From the human T2T-CHM13v2.0 reference genome, Homo sapiens: DNA of 64,000 nt. Positions 48,045-61,193 of this stretch are shown one piece after another (position 1 is the stretch's first letter; each line of letters starts with the position of its first letter). Location of the stretch: NCBI RefSeq assembly GCF_009914755.1, contig NC_060926.1; one strand, given 5' to 3'. The translations under genes were made by a program, and so were the position numbers. The notes under the pieces were generated by a model that worked only from the letters and a program-made list of their open reading frames with translations, searched no databases and had not been told where the DNA came from.

Positions 48045-48179
48045 GAAGTAATGATTTTCTACATCTAAATTTCTTAGAAATTTATTGAAAGCATTATTTC
48101 CTAAAGAAGAGCTTTTCCTTGTGATTTGCCTATTTCTTTAATTACATTAATTTCACTTCTACTCAATGAGTCTCTTTCT
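48045..48179 (+). repeat. 135-bp dispersed direct repeat, copy 1
   Basis: 132/135 identical to 50000-50134. Confidence 0.97.
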
Positions 48180-48383
48180 ATTAATGTGTCATAACCCATT
48201 ACTATCATTATCCTTTTTGATGTGTAAATTGTTCAAAATTGGATCAGTTAGAGTTCCTGGACCTTTTAAGTTTTGGTTACATAACACAAGGCCCAATACA
48301 ATAAGCATATATTTAAAAGGTAAAAATAAAAACATTTAACAGAATTGAACTAATGAGGATATTTTAAGGAGGTTAGTATAATA

Positions 48384-48385
<2 letters not shown>

Positions 48386-48422
<37 letters not shown>
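48386..48422. repeat. Perfect (TG)n microsatellite
   Basis: Direct reading. Confidence 0.95.
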
Positions 48423-48423
<1 letters not shown>

Positions 48424-49999
48424 AGTCAAGAACAAAAGAAAAGCAATACAAAGAAAAAGTCTGCACAAATAGGTCATATGAGGATCACCACATTGCTCAG
48501 TGGTCCTGCAAGGGAAACCAACGATGAACCAGCCCATTTGATTCAATCCATCTCTTCATGCACAGACACCCTCAGAAGCCAGCCAATGGAAGTTCCTTCA
48601 GCACAAAGCAGGATGGTATCAAACATATCAATCACCGGAAGATTGCTTATTGCTCTGCACACCAATGGTTCCATTGCTGCCAACAATACATAATACTTGT
48701 GGAAATGAGAAGGAACATATTGGTGGTTGTTGAAATGGGCTAGAAAAAAAGTGTTTGCAGAAAGTAGGCATCCCACTTACATAGCACTGATGGTAAATAT
48801 AGGCCTGTGGCGGCAGAAATGTAGATTCATCAATCTGAGTTTCAGAGAAATAGAATGTGGACTAGAGTTGATGAAACCAGTTGATTGTCTCCAAACTTTC
48901 ATTCCTTGTAAATAAAGTAGACTGAAGTCTATTCATTCAGAAATACTAGTGAGTATGTATTTGGTGTATTATGCTGGTACCCAGGACATACTGTACTAGG
49001 ATGATGTTCATTCCTTCTCATTTGCGGTCCGTCTTGTGCTCCCTTTCTTCCCATCTCCAAGTCAGCCTATCGGACCTGGAGCAGAAAGCAGCAAGGGAAT
49101 ACATGGCGGTCCTACCAAGACTTTCTGTCAGGAGGGAACATCTCTCCATACAGGTTAGAACCCCTAAAACAGATGTATCCCACCTATGTAATGGTTACTT
49201 TCAATATCTTAGTGCAAAATTTACAAGCATTTTTACGCAGATGGGGGCATATTCACCTACTTCAGGTTAATCCAACCTCCAAATATTCACACAGCACCTA
49301 CTAGGAGACAGCAATGTACAATAAGCAAAAGCTAGACAGGTGAAAACAACACACAGTTCTGCCAGCAAGGAGGTCAGACAGTATTAAGAGATCATTCATT
49401 CAAACAAACAATTAGTACTCAAGATGAACATGGCTCTAAACGGGAGATTCCTAACATCTGCTAGAGGAAATCAAGGAAAACTTTACAGCATGATGCTCGA
49501 GTGGAAACTTGAAGGGCAAGTAGGAGTTTGCCGGATCAATTTAGAATGAGCTAGAGGTGTCTGCGAAATGCAGAGAATGACTGACCATGCAGAACTTCAG
49601 ACACTAGTTTACAGAGCTACTACTGTGGATGAGATGCTGAAGCCTTTTCACATATGCCTCATTTTTAACTGTTGTATCAAGCTTTTTATAAGTTAGACAT
49701 TATAATTCTTAAGAAAAGTGAAGCTAGAAGAAATTAAGTCATTTGTCCAAAATGAAATAATATGGAATAGAGCACAACTTAAATGTGGTTTTCTATTCTA
49801 AATCCAGTTATTTTTCTATTCCAAAAACTGCTTTCCTGGTAGGGGGAAGAAGGGTACAAAAAGACATTCTTTTTTTTTGAACATGTTTACAGAGATGGGA
49901 ATTTGGCTTTAGGTAGCAGTGTTTGAATTTTGTTAGTTATGTACAATAGAAATCCTAATATAATCCAGTAAGAAGTATTGGAAGGGACTCTTATTGCAC

Positions 50000-50134
50000 G
50001 AAGTAATGATTTTTTACATCTAAATTTCTTAGAAATTTATTGAAAGCATTATTTCCTAAAGAAGAGCTTTCCCTTGTGATTTGCCTATTTCTTTAATTAC
50101 ATCAATTTCACTTCTACTCAATGAGTCTCTTTCT
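50000..50134 (+). repeat. 135-bp dispersed direct repeat, copy 2
   Basis: 132/135 identical to 48045-48179. Confidence 0.97.
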
Positions 50135-52939
50135 TTATAGAAGCAGGTTTATTGAACCTTTTCAAACCCTAAAAAGTGAAATAAAAACTTAAGGAAAATG
50201 TACTGTTCTAACGTCACATTTTTTTCAAAGTCCTGCTTGAAAATGACGGCTTGAGACCAGGAGATTTACCAGAGAAACACACCTGAAACATGGCTGTGGC
50301 AGCTAAAAATCTTTTGTGTGTTCGGGGCCACAGGCAGATATTTATGATACGGGTGAGGCACTTATATTTCCTCCAAGAGGTCATATGCCATAGGATGACT
50401 ACTATCATTTGCCTTTGTCAGTTGGCAACATTTATTGAGTGCCTACTCTGTGGAAAACACTATAATAGGTGCTGCTGGAAACTGCAAGGTAAATCGAAAC
50501 CATGGTTTCTGACCTTGTCTCAGGCACTGTCAGAAAGAGAAAACAGCACTAGGGTGCTCCAAATGGGAAAATAAACTTATTGGTCCTTTAAATCGATGTC
50601 AAAATGGCTCAGGATATTATGTTTTGCCTTTGCAACTTATGCTAGAAGATAACACCCAAGGGCTGTGAGCAGCTTGATGCATAGCCCTCTGAGATAACAT
50701 AAAAGGGGTTTTTCTGGACCTTAAAAAAATAAAAACAAACAAAAAGTCATACATGTTATATCTTTATCAGTATTATAAAGCTTTTTCATGACTTTTATAG
50801 ATAGTCTCAGAGAAAATGGAGTAACATAAAAGACTTCCAACATTTTAAGTGACTACCTGGAAATATTCTTTCAACATCTGGGTATCCTTAGAATGTTACG
50901 CAGCCATGTGTAGCCTCAAATCCATTATAGTTTGAATAGAAGACTAATAGCAGCAACAATATACACAGCCACCCTTCAGGCACAGCGGGCTCTTATTTCT
51001 GGAGGCTAAAGTCTTCGTATTGTTTTTTATGATTTCAATTCTTCTCTCTCAGTGCATGAGTTCACCTCATTTTACTATCAAATTCCATTCCTTTTCCACC
51101 AGGCAAAATTTGTGTAATTGTTAGGACCAATTCTGAATTTCCCAATGCCAATATTTGGCAGATATATTCTTTTGTTATCTAGATCTGTATCGGAGAGTAA
51201 TTAAAAACTTAGCAATGAAAATATACTATTTTGGATAGTATCTGAGAAAATGTAACATAAAGCTGTTCATGTAAATCATTCTGAATCCAGAAAAATGAAA
51301 ATTGTGTTTAACAGGAAAATTATAAGCTTCCCATTCTGTAAGTATTATATTAGTTTTATATTCTGAATTGGATCTAGGTTTAGCGTGCTACCACTGTGCA
51401 TAACTGGGGTGCATCCCACTGGGGAAACTTTAGGAATCTGGGTAAAAAACACACCTCAGAATTATCTCAGTTAAAGAATGAGGGAGTTGGGATATTTATA
51501 TACTACCTCCCATCGAACCAGTAAAGGGAAGCTCTTAGGGTTAATTGTCTACCATATCTGGGCTGCCACAGGGCAGCAAAGGAGTCTACAGCTGTAAGAG
51601 ACAGTGCTTCGCCAAAGAAGAATAGGTGCTGGCAGTTGGAAGTTGGGTCAATGTTCACCAAAGAAGTGATAACAGCAAAGGGACATTTTTGAAACACCTG
51701 TAGTGCCTCCAAGAATATGATAGTGAAAAGGGTTATATTCTTCTAATCAGGATATCCTAAGGAAGAATTCAGAATAGGGATACAAATTAGGTGCCCAAGT
51801 GTAATCAACTGGGAGTGCACTCCTCCCCATTAGGGTCCTGTGTGGAAAGGCTCTTGGGACCTTCTTCAGGGCCAGCAGGACATACTTGATTTGTAATGTT
51901 GGCCAAGAACCCAACAGGGGGTTAGTGTTGATTGATTTGCATATACGTTTCATCCTTTTTCAGAAAATCTCCTAAATTCATATGTGGTTAGTTTATCAAG
52001 AATAATAATCTATCAATTTAATGATTATAGAAAAATAGTAAAAATAAAAGCAAAAAGATTACTATGACTAAGTGGCTATAAATACTGGATGAAAGCTAAA
52101 ATCATGAACAGATCTGGAAATTTCTGTCCTTTCTTGTATTGAAAAACTTCTGTAAGCAGAATAAGTTTTGTAAAGGTATAAAATTGAACTTCTTATAAAA
52201 CCTACAGGCAATGAACTATTTTCTTGCTCTAAATTGTAGTTTATTATTACCAAAGAGCTAGAACCGTGACAAGATGCTAGCTTTTTGAAAAATATCTTTA
52301 GCATAGAAATGTCAGAAGTCTTTATCCAACAGTTTCAACATTCTACATTTCTCTTATGCAGATTTTATAGATTTGATGATTCCTGGCATGAAAGTAAGTT
52401 GAAATTCAACTTCTATTTTATGTCAGGTTAGAACTCATTAAATGCAAAGTGATCTACATGTCCATGAGAAGGAACTTCATCTACTTTAATGAAGTTCTTA
52501 CTTTACTAAAACATTAAATGAAATGTTTTGAAGCTGCTTCTCAGTCACTTTTTTTAAAGGTTCATTCAGTTTTTATTAGTATCTAGGGGTAGGAGGTGGA
52601 GTGAGTGTAGGCTGAATTATTCATGCCATCATGACACATATTTGACATATGAACTACTTGTACTGATAAGAAGATTTGACTGCAAATATCAAAGATGAAA
52701 TGTAGGAAGAAATGATAAAAGGTTGTATTTCTAGTGTTTTCAATTGTATTATTTCTAGTTTCTGATAACATTAATTTTTAAAGTAAAAAAAGGCAAGTCA
52801 ATTATGTCTGGAGGACAGTAGTTAACTAGAGTTGCTGGATACATGAAGTTTGGTCAATTATCATTTTCTTCTCAAATCAGGAATCTCAATTTGTTTGTGT
52901 TTCCCACACAATGAAGATGGAATAGAAGAGTATAAAAAA

Positions 52940-55150
52940 AGATCAGATAAAGAGAGAGAGAGAGAGCAAAGCCAGTAATGGAGGGATTTGTAGGCCATTT
53001 GAAGGACTTTGGCTTTTGCTCTGAATGAAAACAGAGAGCTATTGGAAGGTTTTGAGTAGAGAAGTGACAAACAGAAGTGATTTACTTACGTTTCAAAAGG
53101 ATCAAGGGTGGTGTTAGGGAGAAAAGAGGCTATCAAAATATTAATAATATTATTCAGTGTCATTTTGTTAAAATAATGATAAAAAACAAAAACAACAACA
53201 ACAACAAAAAACATTGCTTCCCGGCTGGGGCCACTGACTGTGTGGAGTTTTCACATCCTCTCCACGTGCACAGTGATTTTCTCCAGGGACTCGTTTCCTC
53301 CCACATTCCAAAGTTGTGCACGTGAGGTGACTTGGCATGTCTAAATTACCCAAGTCTGAGTGACTGTGGGTGTGTCTGAGTGCATCCTGTGAGGGGATGG
53401 CAACCTGTCCAGGTTTGGGTCCTGCCTTGGGCCCTGAGCTGCTGGGATAGGCTCCAGCCACCTGAAACACTGAGCTGGAATAAGGAAGTTGGAAAATGAA
53501 TGAAGGAATACAAATTATTATAAAATAAACATCTGAAAAGTCTATGATAATCATACAAATGTCAGACAATAAACAATGAGAAGCAAAAGTACACAGCAAG
53601 GCCACCATATTTGTGACTGTTGTTGGGCTCTGTGGTGGTAGGAGGTACTTCTTACAGTTTTCACTTTGCAAATATTTATTCTTTGATTTAACCCATCACC
53701 ACTATGACTGCTGCCACTCACTGAATCACCAAAAATTGGGTAAATATCTTTTTATTAACTTTTCATAAATGTATGTATAGCTCACATTTATTTCAATGTT
53801 TAATATGAGAAGTATTTGGAATCTTTATTTAGAAGTTTGTTGATATTTTTGTAACCAGAAATATGCTATGCTAACTCTTGTTTATATCAATCAGCTTATG
53901 ACAAAATTTGTTTTGTTATATGTTGCTGTTTGGCTTAAAGTCTTAGTTTCCAAAAACCAGTTGACAATAGTAAGTGCTGATTTACTGCTGGCAAAAAGAT
54001 AATGATGGCTTCAACCAAAGAGTTATAGGTAATGAGGGTAGCCCATTGGACACTGTATATTTTGAAGTTATGGTGAGCATAATTTGCTGATTTATTGGAT
54101 GTAAGAAAGAGAGGAATCAAGGGTTTTGGCTGACATCATGACAATGAGTTACTGTTACTGAGCAGGGGAGTTCCAATTTGGACTTATTAAGTTTGTTATG
54201 CCTGTTAAATATCCAAATAGAAATGTTGACTATATGTTTGGATGTACACATCTGAAAGTCAGGGAAGAGGTCCAGGTATAAGATAAAAGTAGGAAGTAAT
54301 CACCTATAGCTGTTATTTAAAGCCATAAGACTAGATGGGTTCACCTAAAGATGAATAGTAGACAGAATAGTGTTAATGAAGGATGAACCTAAAATATTTC
54401 ACAGTTTGCCAGTGATGGATGTAATAAAAGAAAATAAAACCACACAGGAAGCTGTGATGGTACAGCTAATGAGATAGAAACAGGGCCAGGATCAAGTGGG
54501 GTCCCTGAAGTCAAGTGAAGGAAGTGTTTCAAGGAGGAGAGAGAGTGATCAACTGTGACAAATGTTCATGAGAGTTCAAGCGTTCGAGATGTGAAATGAA
54601 AATGGATTATTGTATTTAGACATACTCAGCTTATTGTTAACCTCGATAAGAGTAGTTGCATTGGAGAATCAGGGGAGGAAAATAATGATTTCAGTGGTTT
54701 AGGAGAGAACTGGATAGGAGAAATTGGCATTGAGTATAGATAGTCTGTGTAATGAATATTTCTGTGACACAAAGAAGGAAAAAACAAAGAGGCTGGAGAG
54801 GAAGGGAATATGGAGTCAAGACTTTTTTGTTGTTTTTTTTTTGTTAACACATTAGGGGAAATTATGGCACGATAGTCATCTATGGGAATGATAAATAGAG
54901 AAAGGAACAAATAATGCAGTAAAAAAAGATAATTATATTTTTAAGTAGCCAGAGAGAGTAGAAGGAAACTCATGGATAAAGGAAGAAACTGGCTTTAGAT
55001 AGGAGCCTGGAGAGTGCACTCAAGGTAACAGGAATGAAAGCAAAATATTTTATGTTCAATTGAGGTGGTTGCACATGGAAGTCCTCGTCTGTTGCACGTA
55101 TTTTCTCACTGAAATAATAGGGGCAGGTCATCAAAGGAGAATAAAATGTG
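52940..55150 (-). mobile_element. Degraded L2 LINE interrupted by MER6
   Basis: gtaggccatttgaaggactttggctttt..tctga, ggaagtgtttcaaggaggagagagagtgatcaactgtg motifs. Confidence 0.65.
53125..53987. mobile_element. MER6-type TcMar-Tigger element
   Basis: ggggccactgactgtgtggagttt...tttcctcccacattccaaag domain; end gcttaaagtc..agtttccaa.aacca...taagtg..gatttactg. Confidence 0.75.
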
Positions 55151-55494
55151 TCAAGGAGGTGAAGGATTGAGAAGGAATGGTGTAAAATAGTATAGCGTAG
55201 AAGGAATAACAGATTGGAATAAAATATATAGTAGAATTTCTGGGCTATAATATTGTCCACTTGGAGAATAAAGTTTAGCAATTTAAAATGAGAACAGTGA
55301 AACACTGTTGTGTTTTGCTTGCTGTTTGTTTGTGTGTTCCTTCCTCTGTTGGAAATTAACTGCCTGCTGTGCAAACACAGAGCTGTGGAGAGTTAGATTT
55401 AACCAAGTTTGTTGTTGTCTGAACAGAATAGAATAAAGAAAAAGATGAGTAAGAGAGCTGAGGGTGTGAGTAAAATAGATAAATCTGTGACTGA

Positions 55495-55798
<304 letters not shown>

Positions 55799-56679
55799 AA
55801 TTTATTATTAATATTTCAAAAGTTTCATTACGATATATTTCTAGAGAAAAAGATACAGATAGTAAGAATTGAACTTAACAAGATCCTCAAAGGAAAAAGT
55901 AATAAAGAGAAGGCAATAAGGTGCATTATAAAGGTCTATGGCTATTTACACACATTCTCATACCTATGTGATGGATCAGGAGACTTCTAAGTACTAAATA
56001 TTCTTTAAACAAGTTTTAAATTGACATTTTGTTTATTCTAAAAATCTAAAATATTAAATGGCACTAAATATAAACATAGTATTTTAACCTTAAAATTTGA
56101 AAACAATTTTCTTACCCAAACCTTATAACTATATTATTTAAAAATATGTTTATTAAATAAAATGTTTAAACTTTCAGCTTTAAACCATCTAATTTTAGTG
56201 TTTAAGGGGGTCTTAGAGCAAAACTGTATTCCCATCCGGCTTCCAAATTTTTGAAATGAGGTAGGGCACAAAGGATTTTAAGTGACATACTTAAAGCTAC
56301 ACGAGCAGGAGACCAGCAGCTAGATCTTCGGCATATGTTACTGACCTGTGTTCATAATAACAAAATAAGTAATTAAAACCATTCAACCTTTCCCACTGAC
56401 CTTTCTGGGCTAAAGAATATTCTTCTCTAAGATGTGGCATTGCTAAATTATGCATCACACCTCTCTCTCTGTTGTTCTGATCTAAGCTGAGGAAGAACTT
56501 CATTACAATAGGGTCAGCCTCTCAGGCCATACAGCTGTTGTCTAGAAACTCAAGGAAGAATTTTAAGTTTAAAAGGATAGAAGCATTCGCTAAGGATAAA
56601 GTTAAGCTCAGATTCAAGCCATTCAATGAAATCGGAAACAATTGCAAAACAACTATGGTGAAGAATGACTGACAACCCC

Positions 56680-57035
56680 TGTTACGGTTTGAATGTGTCC
56701 CCCCAAAAACATGTGTTGAAAGTTTGATCCCCAGTGCAACAGTGTTGAGAGAGTGGGGCCTAGTGAGAGGTGACTAGGCCAAGAGGGTAAAGTGAATGAA
56801 TGAATGCCATTATTGCAAAAGTGAATTGATTGTGAAAGGCAGAATTTAGCCCCCTTTTACAATTGCTCTCTCTGTGCTTTTTATCTCATGATGACACAGC
56901 AAGAAGCACCTCACTAGACGATGGCCCTTCAATCTTGGATTTTTCAGCCTCCAGAGCTGTGAGAAGTAAATTTCTATTTATTAAAAATTACCCAGTCCCA
57001 GGTTATCTGTTATAGCAGCACAAAATGCACAGACT
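56680..57035 (+). mobile_element. MST-type MaLR LTR
   Basis: tgttacggtttgaatgtgtcccc...aattacccagtc..aggt..tctgttatagcagcacaaaa. Confidence 0.8.
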
Positions 57036-57261
57036 CCCACCATAAGAGAAAGAGGCAGTTTTTTGGAGGAAAAGCTTTGAGCAGATCTTATAAGATGTCA
57101 GCCCTAAAAGTAAGCCATGTGATAGGTTCTCTTTATTTTTTTTTTTTTTATTTTTTTTTTTTTTTGATCTTAAATATTTTAATAGCTGCATTAAAAAAGT
57201 AAAAAAAGAATAAGTCAATTTAGTAATACATTTAATTTTACCCAATATGAAAATATATTAC

Positions 57262-57339
57262 AACGTAATGATAAGTATGTGAGGCGAAGGATATGTTAAT
57301 TAGCCTAATTTAATCATACCACATTGTATACATGTATCA
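57262..57339 (+). mobile_element. L1MA/MB 3' end fragment, cut at the L1HS tail
   Basis: gataagtatgtgaggcgaaggatatgttaattagcct...catacca.attgtatacatgtatca. Confidence 0.6.
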
Positions 57340-57599
57340 TTTTTTTTTTTTTTAATTTTTTTTTTTTATTATACTCTAAGCTTTAGGGTACATGTGCACA
57401 TTGTGCAGGTTAGTTACATATGTATACATGTGCCATGCTGGTGCGCTGCACCCACTAACGTGTCATCTAGCATTAGGTATATCTCCCAATGCTATCCCTC
57501 CCCCCTCCCCCGACCCCACCACAGTCCCCAGAGTGTGATATTCCCCTTCCTGTGTCCATGTGATCTCATTGTTCAATTCCCACCTAAACTATCGCAAGA
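57340..57599 (-). mobile_element. Short L1HS pre-Ta (ACG/G) 3' end with a 15-nt 5' inversion
   Basis: Minus strand reads gctagatgacACGttagtggg (57459-57461) and cttaGagtat (57376); taaactatcgcaaga at 57585-57599 is L1 sequence in the opposite orientation. Confidence 0.88.
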
Positions 57600-58563
57600 T
57601 AGGTTCTCTTTAGAGAAACAATGTGAGTTACCAAAAAGCAAGCTTTTTGCAAAGGGTAGTAATCGTAATGAAGTTTATAATGAAGATATTGTCATATTTG
57701 GACATGATAGAAAAAATATACAACATACATTAAGTTCCCCTAGAATTTAATTTTTTTTTTCTAGAGGAAACTCAAGGAATTCTGCTTGTGGTATGCTTTC
57801 ACTAGTGTCTTTCATTTCTATCTTATCTTTACTCTCTTGATTATATTTAGTTCTGTTCAATTTCAATTCTTAACCTAAAGTACATAGAGTTATTATTATT
57901 ATTTTTTTATATATATCCTAGTTGTACTATGGTACAATTAAGAACTCTCTTTGACAGGTTTTCAAGTGGCAACAAGAGCACCTGTTCTCAACATGAATGT
58001 GATTTGCCTGTGCCATCCAGCTGCCCTTTGGTCTTGCTTGTTTCAGCAGGTGTTGCTGGCTAGGCAGGTGTCTGCGTATTGGTTCCCTCCTCCATCTGAT
58101 ATTCATGTGCACTGCTCATGAGAAGGCCTGCAAACATCAGTACATTCTTCCCAGATGGAGGAGGACTATTTGGTCAATAAGAGATATCAAACAATTGTAT
58201 CTTTTACATTCCCCAAACTATTCTACTATACCGTATTCTCATTTTTTTCATGATTTATATATTAATATATATTCATATATATCATAAATGTCAGTAACTG
58301 CTAGACATTTATTTACTGATCATTTTCTGTGCTATTTGAAGATGAGAATTCAATTTAGACTTGGATCTTGAACGCTAAATATTTCTTTCCTATTATACTT
58401 CCCCATGCCAAATATGTTATAATAAATTAGGTTAGGATAAAGGTTATTAAACTTTGTATAAGAACAAAGGCATTACAAACACCAAATCAGAGAGTGTATT
58501 TACACAAAAGAGTGTGCTTCTTCTTTTTCCCTTTCAAAAACCTTTTATTAACTGTAAATCCTC

Positions 58564-58881
58564 GGCCAGGCGCAGTGGCTCACTCCTGTAATCCCAGCAC
58601 TTCGGGAGGCTGAAGCAGGAGGATCACTGGCGGTCAGGAGTTCAAGACCAGCCTGGCCAACATGGTGAAACCCCGTCTCTACAAAAAATACAAAAATTAT
58701 CCCGGGATGATGATGCATGCCTGTAATCCCAGCTACTGGGGAGGCTGAGGCAGGAGAATCGCTTGAATTGCTAAATTATGTAACACACCTATCTGTGATT
58801 ATGCATCACACCTGGGAGGCGGAGGTTGCAGTGAGCCGAGAACATGCCACTGCACCCTAGCCTGAATGACAAAGACGGGGA

Positions 58882-58954
<73 letters not shown>

Positions 58955-58962
58955 TAAATAAA
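58564..58962 (+). mobile_element. AluS element with a 43-nt internal insertion and a (GA)n microsatellite tail
   Basis: Dimeric Alu; non-Alu sequence at 58768-58810; (GA)n at ~58880-58951. Confidence 0.93.
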
Positions 58963-60915
58963 TACATCTTCAGGAACAAGATTAGTTGTATGGTCAAGTA
59001 ACATTTTAAATGTAAAAAAAATTAGGCTTTGTTTTTGATAACATACTACCATATCTTTAGATCAATATGTACTTTGTCTTATGAAATAAGACCTGTAAAA
59101 AGAAATACACTTCCGGAGGCCTGTAGAAAGTGTGTAGTTAATGACAGGTCACATGAAGTAAGGTCAGAAAGAGATTAAAGTTGGTCCTGCATTGCCAACA
59201 GTCCAACAGAAAATTTCTGTAGATTAAACACATATTCCTTAAAGAGGCGAGCCGTTCCTTGCTAGTCGCTTTTTGAGGATAGGCACATTGGTAAAGTATT
59301 AAAATCCTGAATCTCCTAGCATAGCAGCTGACACACTGTGGCTCTTAATAAATGTCTGTAGAGTAATTAAGAGCTATTTGTTTCTGTATATAATACATGT
59401 TTCTTGATTTTTTAATTTTACATGATTACAGAGTTAATCATTGAATTCTGCTCAAAGTTGACATTTTAACAACAAATGGAGAATCTATGGTAATTTATGC
59501 TCACTCAGAAGACTATGTTCTTTCATGAAATTTTTAAAACAAACAAAAATCTCTGTGCACTGACAAAATAATAATTTTCAAATGCTGAAACTTTTGAAGT
59601 TTCTCTAATACCTATCATTTTCTCTACCAATTACCAAAAGCTTCTATTAAGCAAGTATCTGTGAACGGATGCCACTTCAAAGAGGGGGAGTAAGAAAAAG
59701 AGAAAAAGGAGTAGAAACAGGAAAAACGGGAAGACAAAGAACAAAGTTGGGGTAAAGAAAATGGAAAAAAGAAAACAAAACTAAATTTACTGAATTGGAA
59801 TGTTAATTTTAGAAATGTTTTATAGCCATTTTCATTTATCTTGTCTACCTTCTACAAACTTAAATTTAAAATAGTGGAAGCAACTTGCCTTTTTAAAATA
59901 AAATTTTAACATTGTTAAAAATTAGAGATTTTTCCTCCATTCACATAATAGTGTGAAATGTCAATTTTCTTGAAAACTACAGAACATAAAATGGATATGT
60001 TTTCATGTTTCTTCATTACAAATAGATTGGCTTATATCATACAAATTATTACAGTTCTCAAACTCTTTTCTAATTCATAAATGAAAAAGATAAAATGTAT
60101 TATATGAGGAATGTTGTGATTGTTAATTAGGTTAACAAATTAAGTGAGCCTAGAACTATGTTTGTAAAATAATTGTCAATGAATGGTAGTTGCCATCTGC
60201 TAAATATTTTTATTTTAAAAATCTATGGTGAACAATGGTAATAATTCACTTCATGGCCTCAAGCAGACAATACAGCTTTGTTAAGCCTTCCTTTCTCCAA
60301 CCTTGAAATGATCATAATAAAAAGTGCTTCACACTTCATATGATTCTTGTGAAAATCAAGTGAGATAAATATGAAAGCCTTTTGAGAATTATAAATCTAT
60401 ATTAAAATGTAGCAGGACATCAGAAACTAAAATGTGTCTCTACTTTCTATGGTCCTGATTCAAACTATATGGTATCTTTTAAATTGGTTGTAAAAATACT
60501 GGTATAACAGGAAAATAAAATATCATATATGAATTTGAACAGAAAAAAATGGTTATTATTCAAATATCTACAGCATATTCAATTATACCCTGCAATCATC
60601 TTTGTAAATACTAAAGTGCTTCTTTGAAATCAGCTAATGTGAATTTCTATTTGGATAATTATTGTATAATGTGAAATGTCACTGTTTTTATTATGTAAAA
60701 GTAAGTAATGGTAGTAGAACATTAAAGATATTCAAGAATACCCTTAGCACCACTGTTTCCCTATAACTGACCCTCAGACCTCTCAATTGTTTTTCTTCAG
60801 GCTGTGAACTCCCAGTCTGGCATCTTAGCTTACATGAGGACCTCAGAGTTCAGTGGTCTATGATGATTAAAGGGGGAAAAATTCATATATTTAGTATCAT
60901 GTTCTCTTTATCTGT

Positions 60916-61193
60916 AGATTGACTGATTGATTTGGAGACGGAGTTTCACTCTTGTTGCCCAGGCTGGGGTGCGATGGCACGATCTTGGCTCACTGAAACC
61001 TCTGCCTCCCAGGTTCAAGTGATTCTCCTGCCTCAGCCTCCGAAGTAGCTGGGATTACAGGCATGTGCCACCACACCCAGCTGATTTTGTATTTTTAGTA
61101 GATATGGAGTTTCTCCATGTTGGTCAGGCTGGTCTTGAACTCCCGATCTCAGGTAATCCGCCCGCCTCAGCCTCTCAAAGTGCTCGGATTACA
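60916..61193 (-). mobile_element. AluSp/Sq-type element lacking its first ~20 nt
   Basis: gagtttcactcttgttgccc and ttctccatgttggtcagg diagnostics; (TGAT)n-like tail. Confidence 0.9.

Larger units (their letters stand above)
46760..48262 (-). mobile_element. Old L1MC-type 3' region, split by the MLT1
   Basis: ctagactcaccaattgttaa, ttttgatcacttgcttaa and ttttgatgtgtaaattgttc motifs. Confidence 0.55.

Noticed and set aside
48470-48915. GC-richer unique-looking patch with overlapping ORFs on both strands
   Set aside because: No recognisable protein similarity or convincing splice sites; cannot be supported without conservation or expression data.
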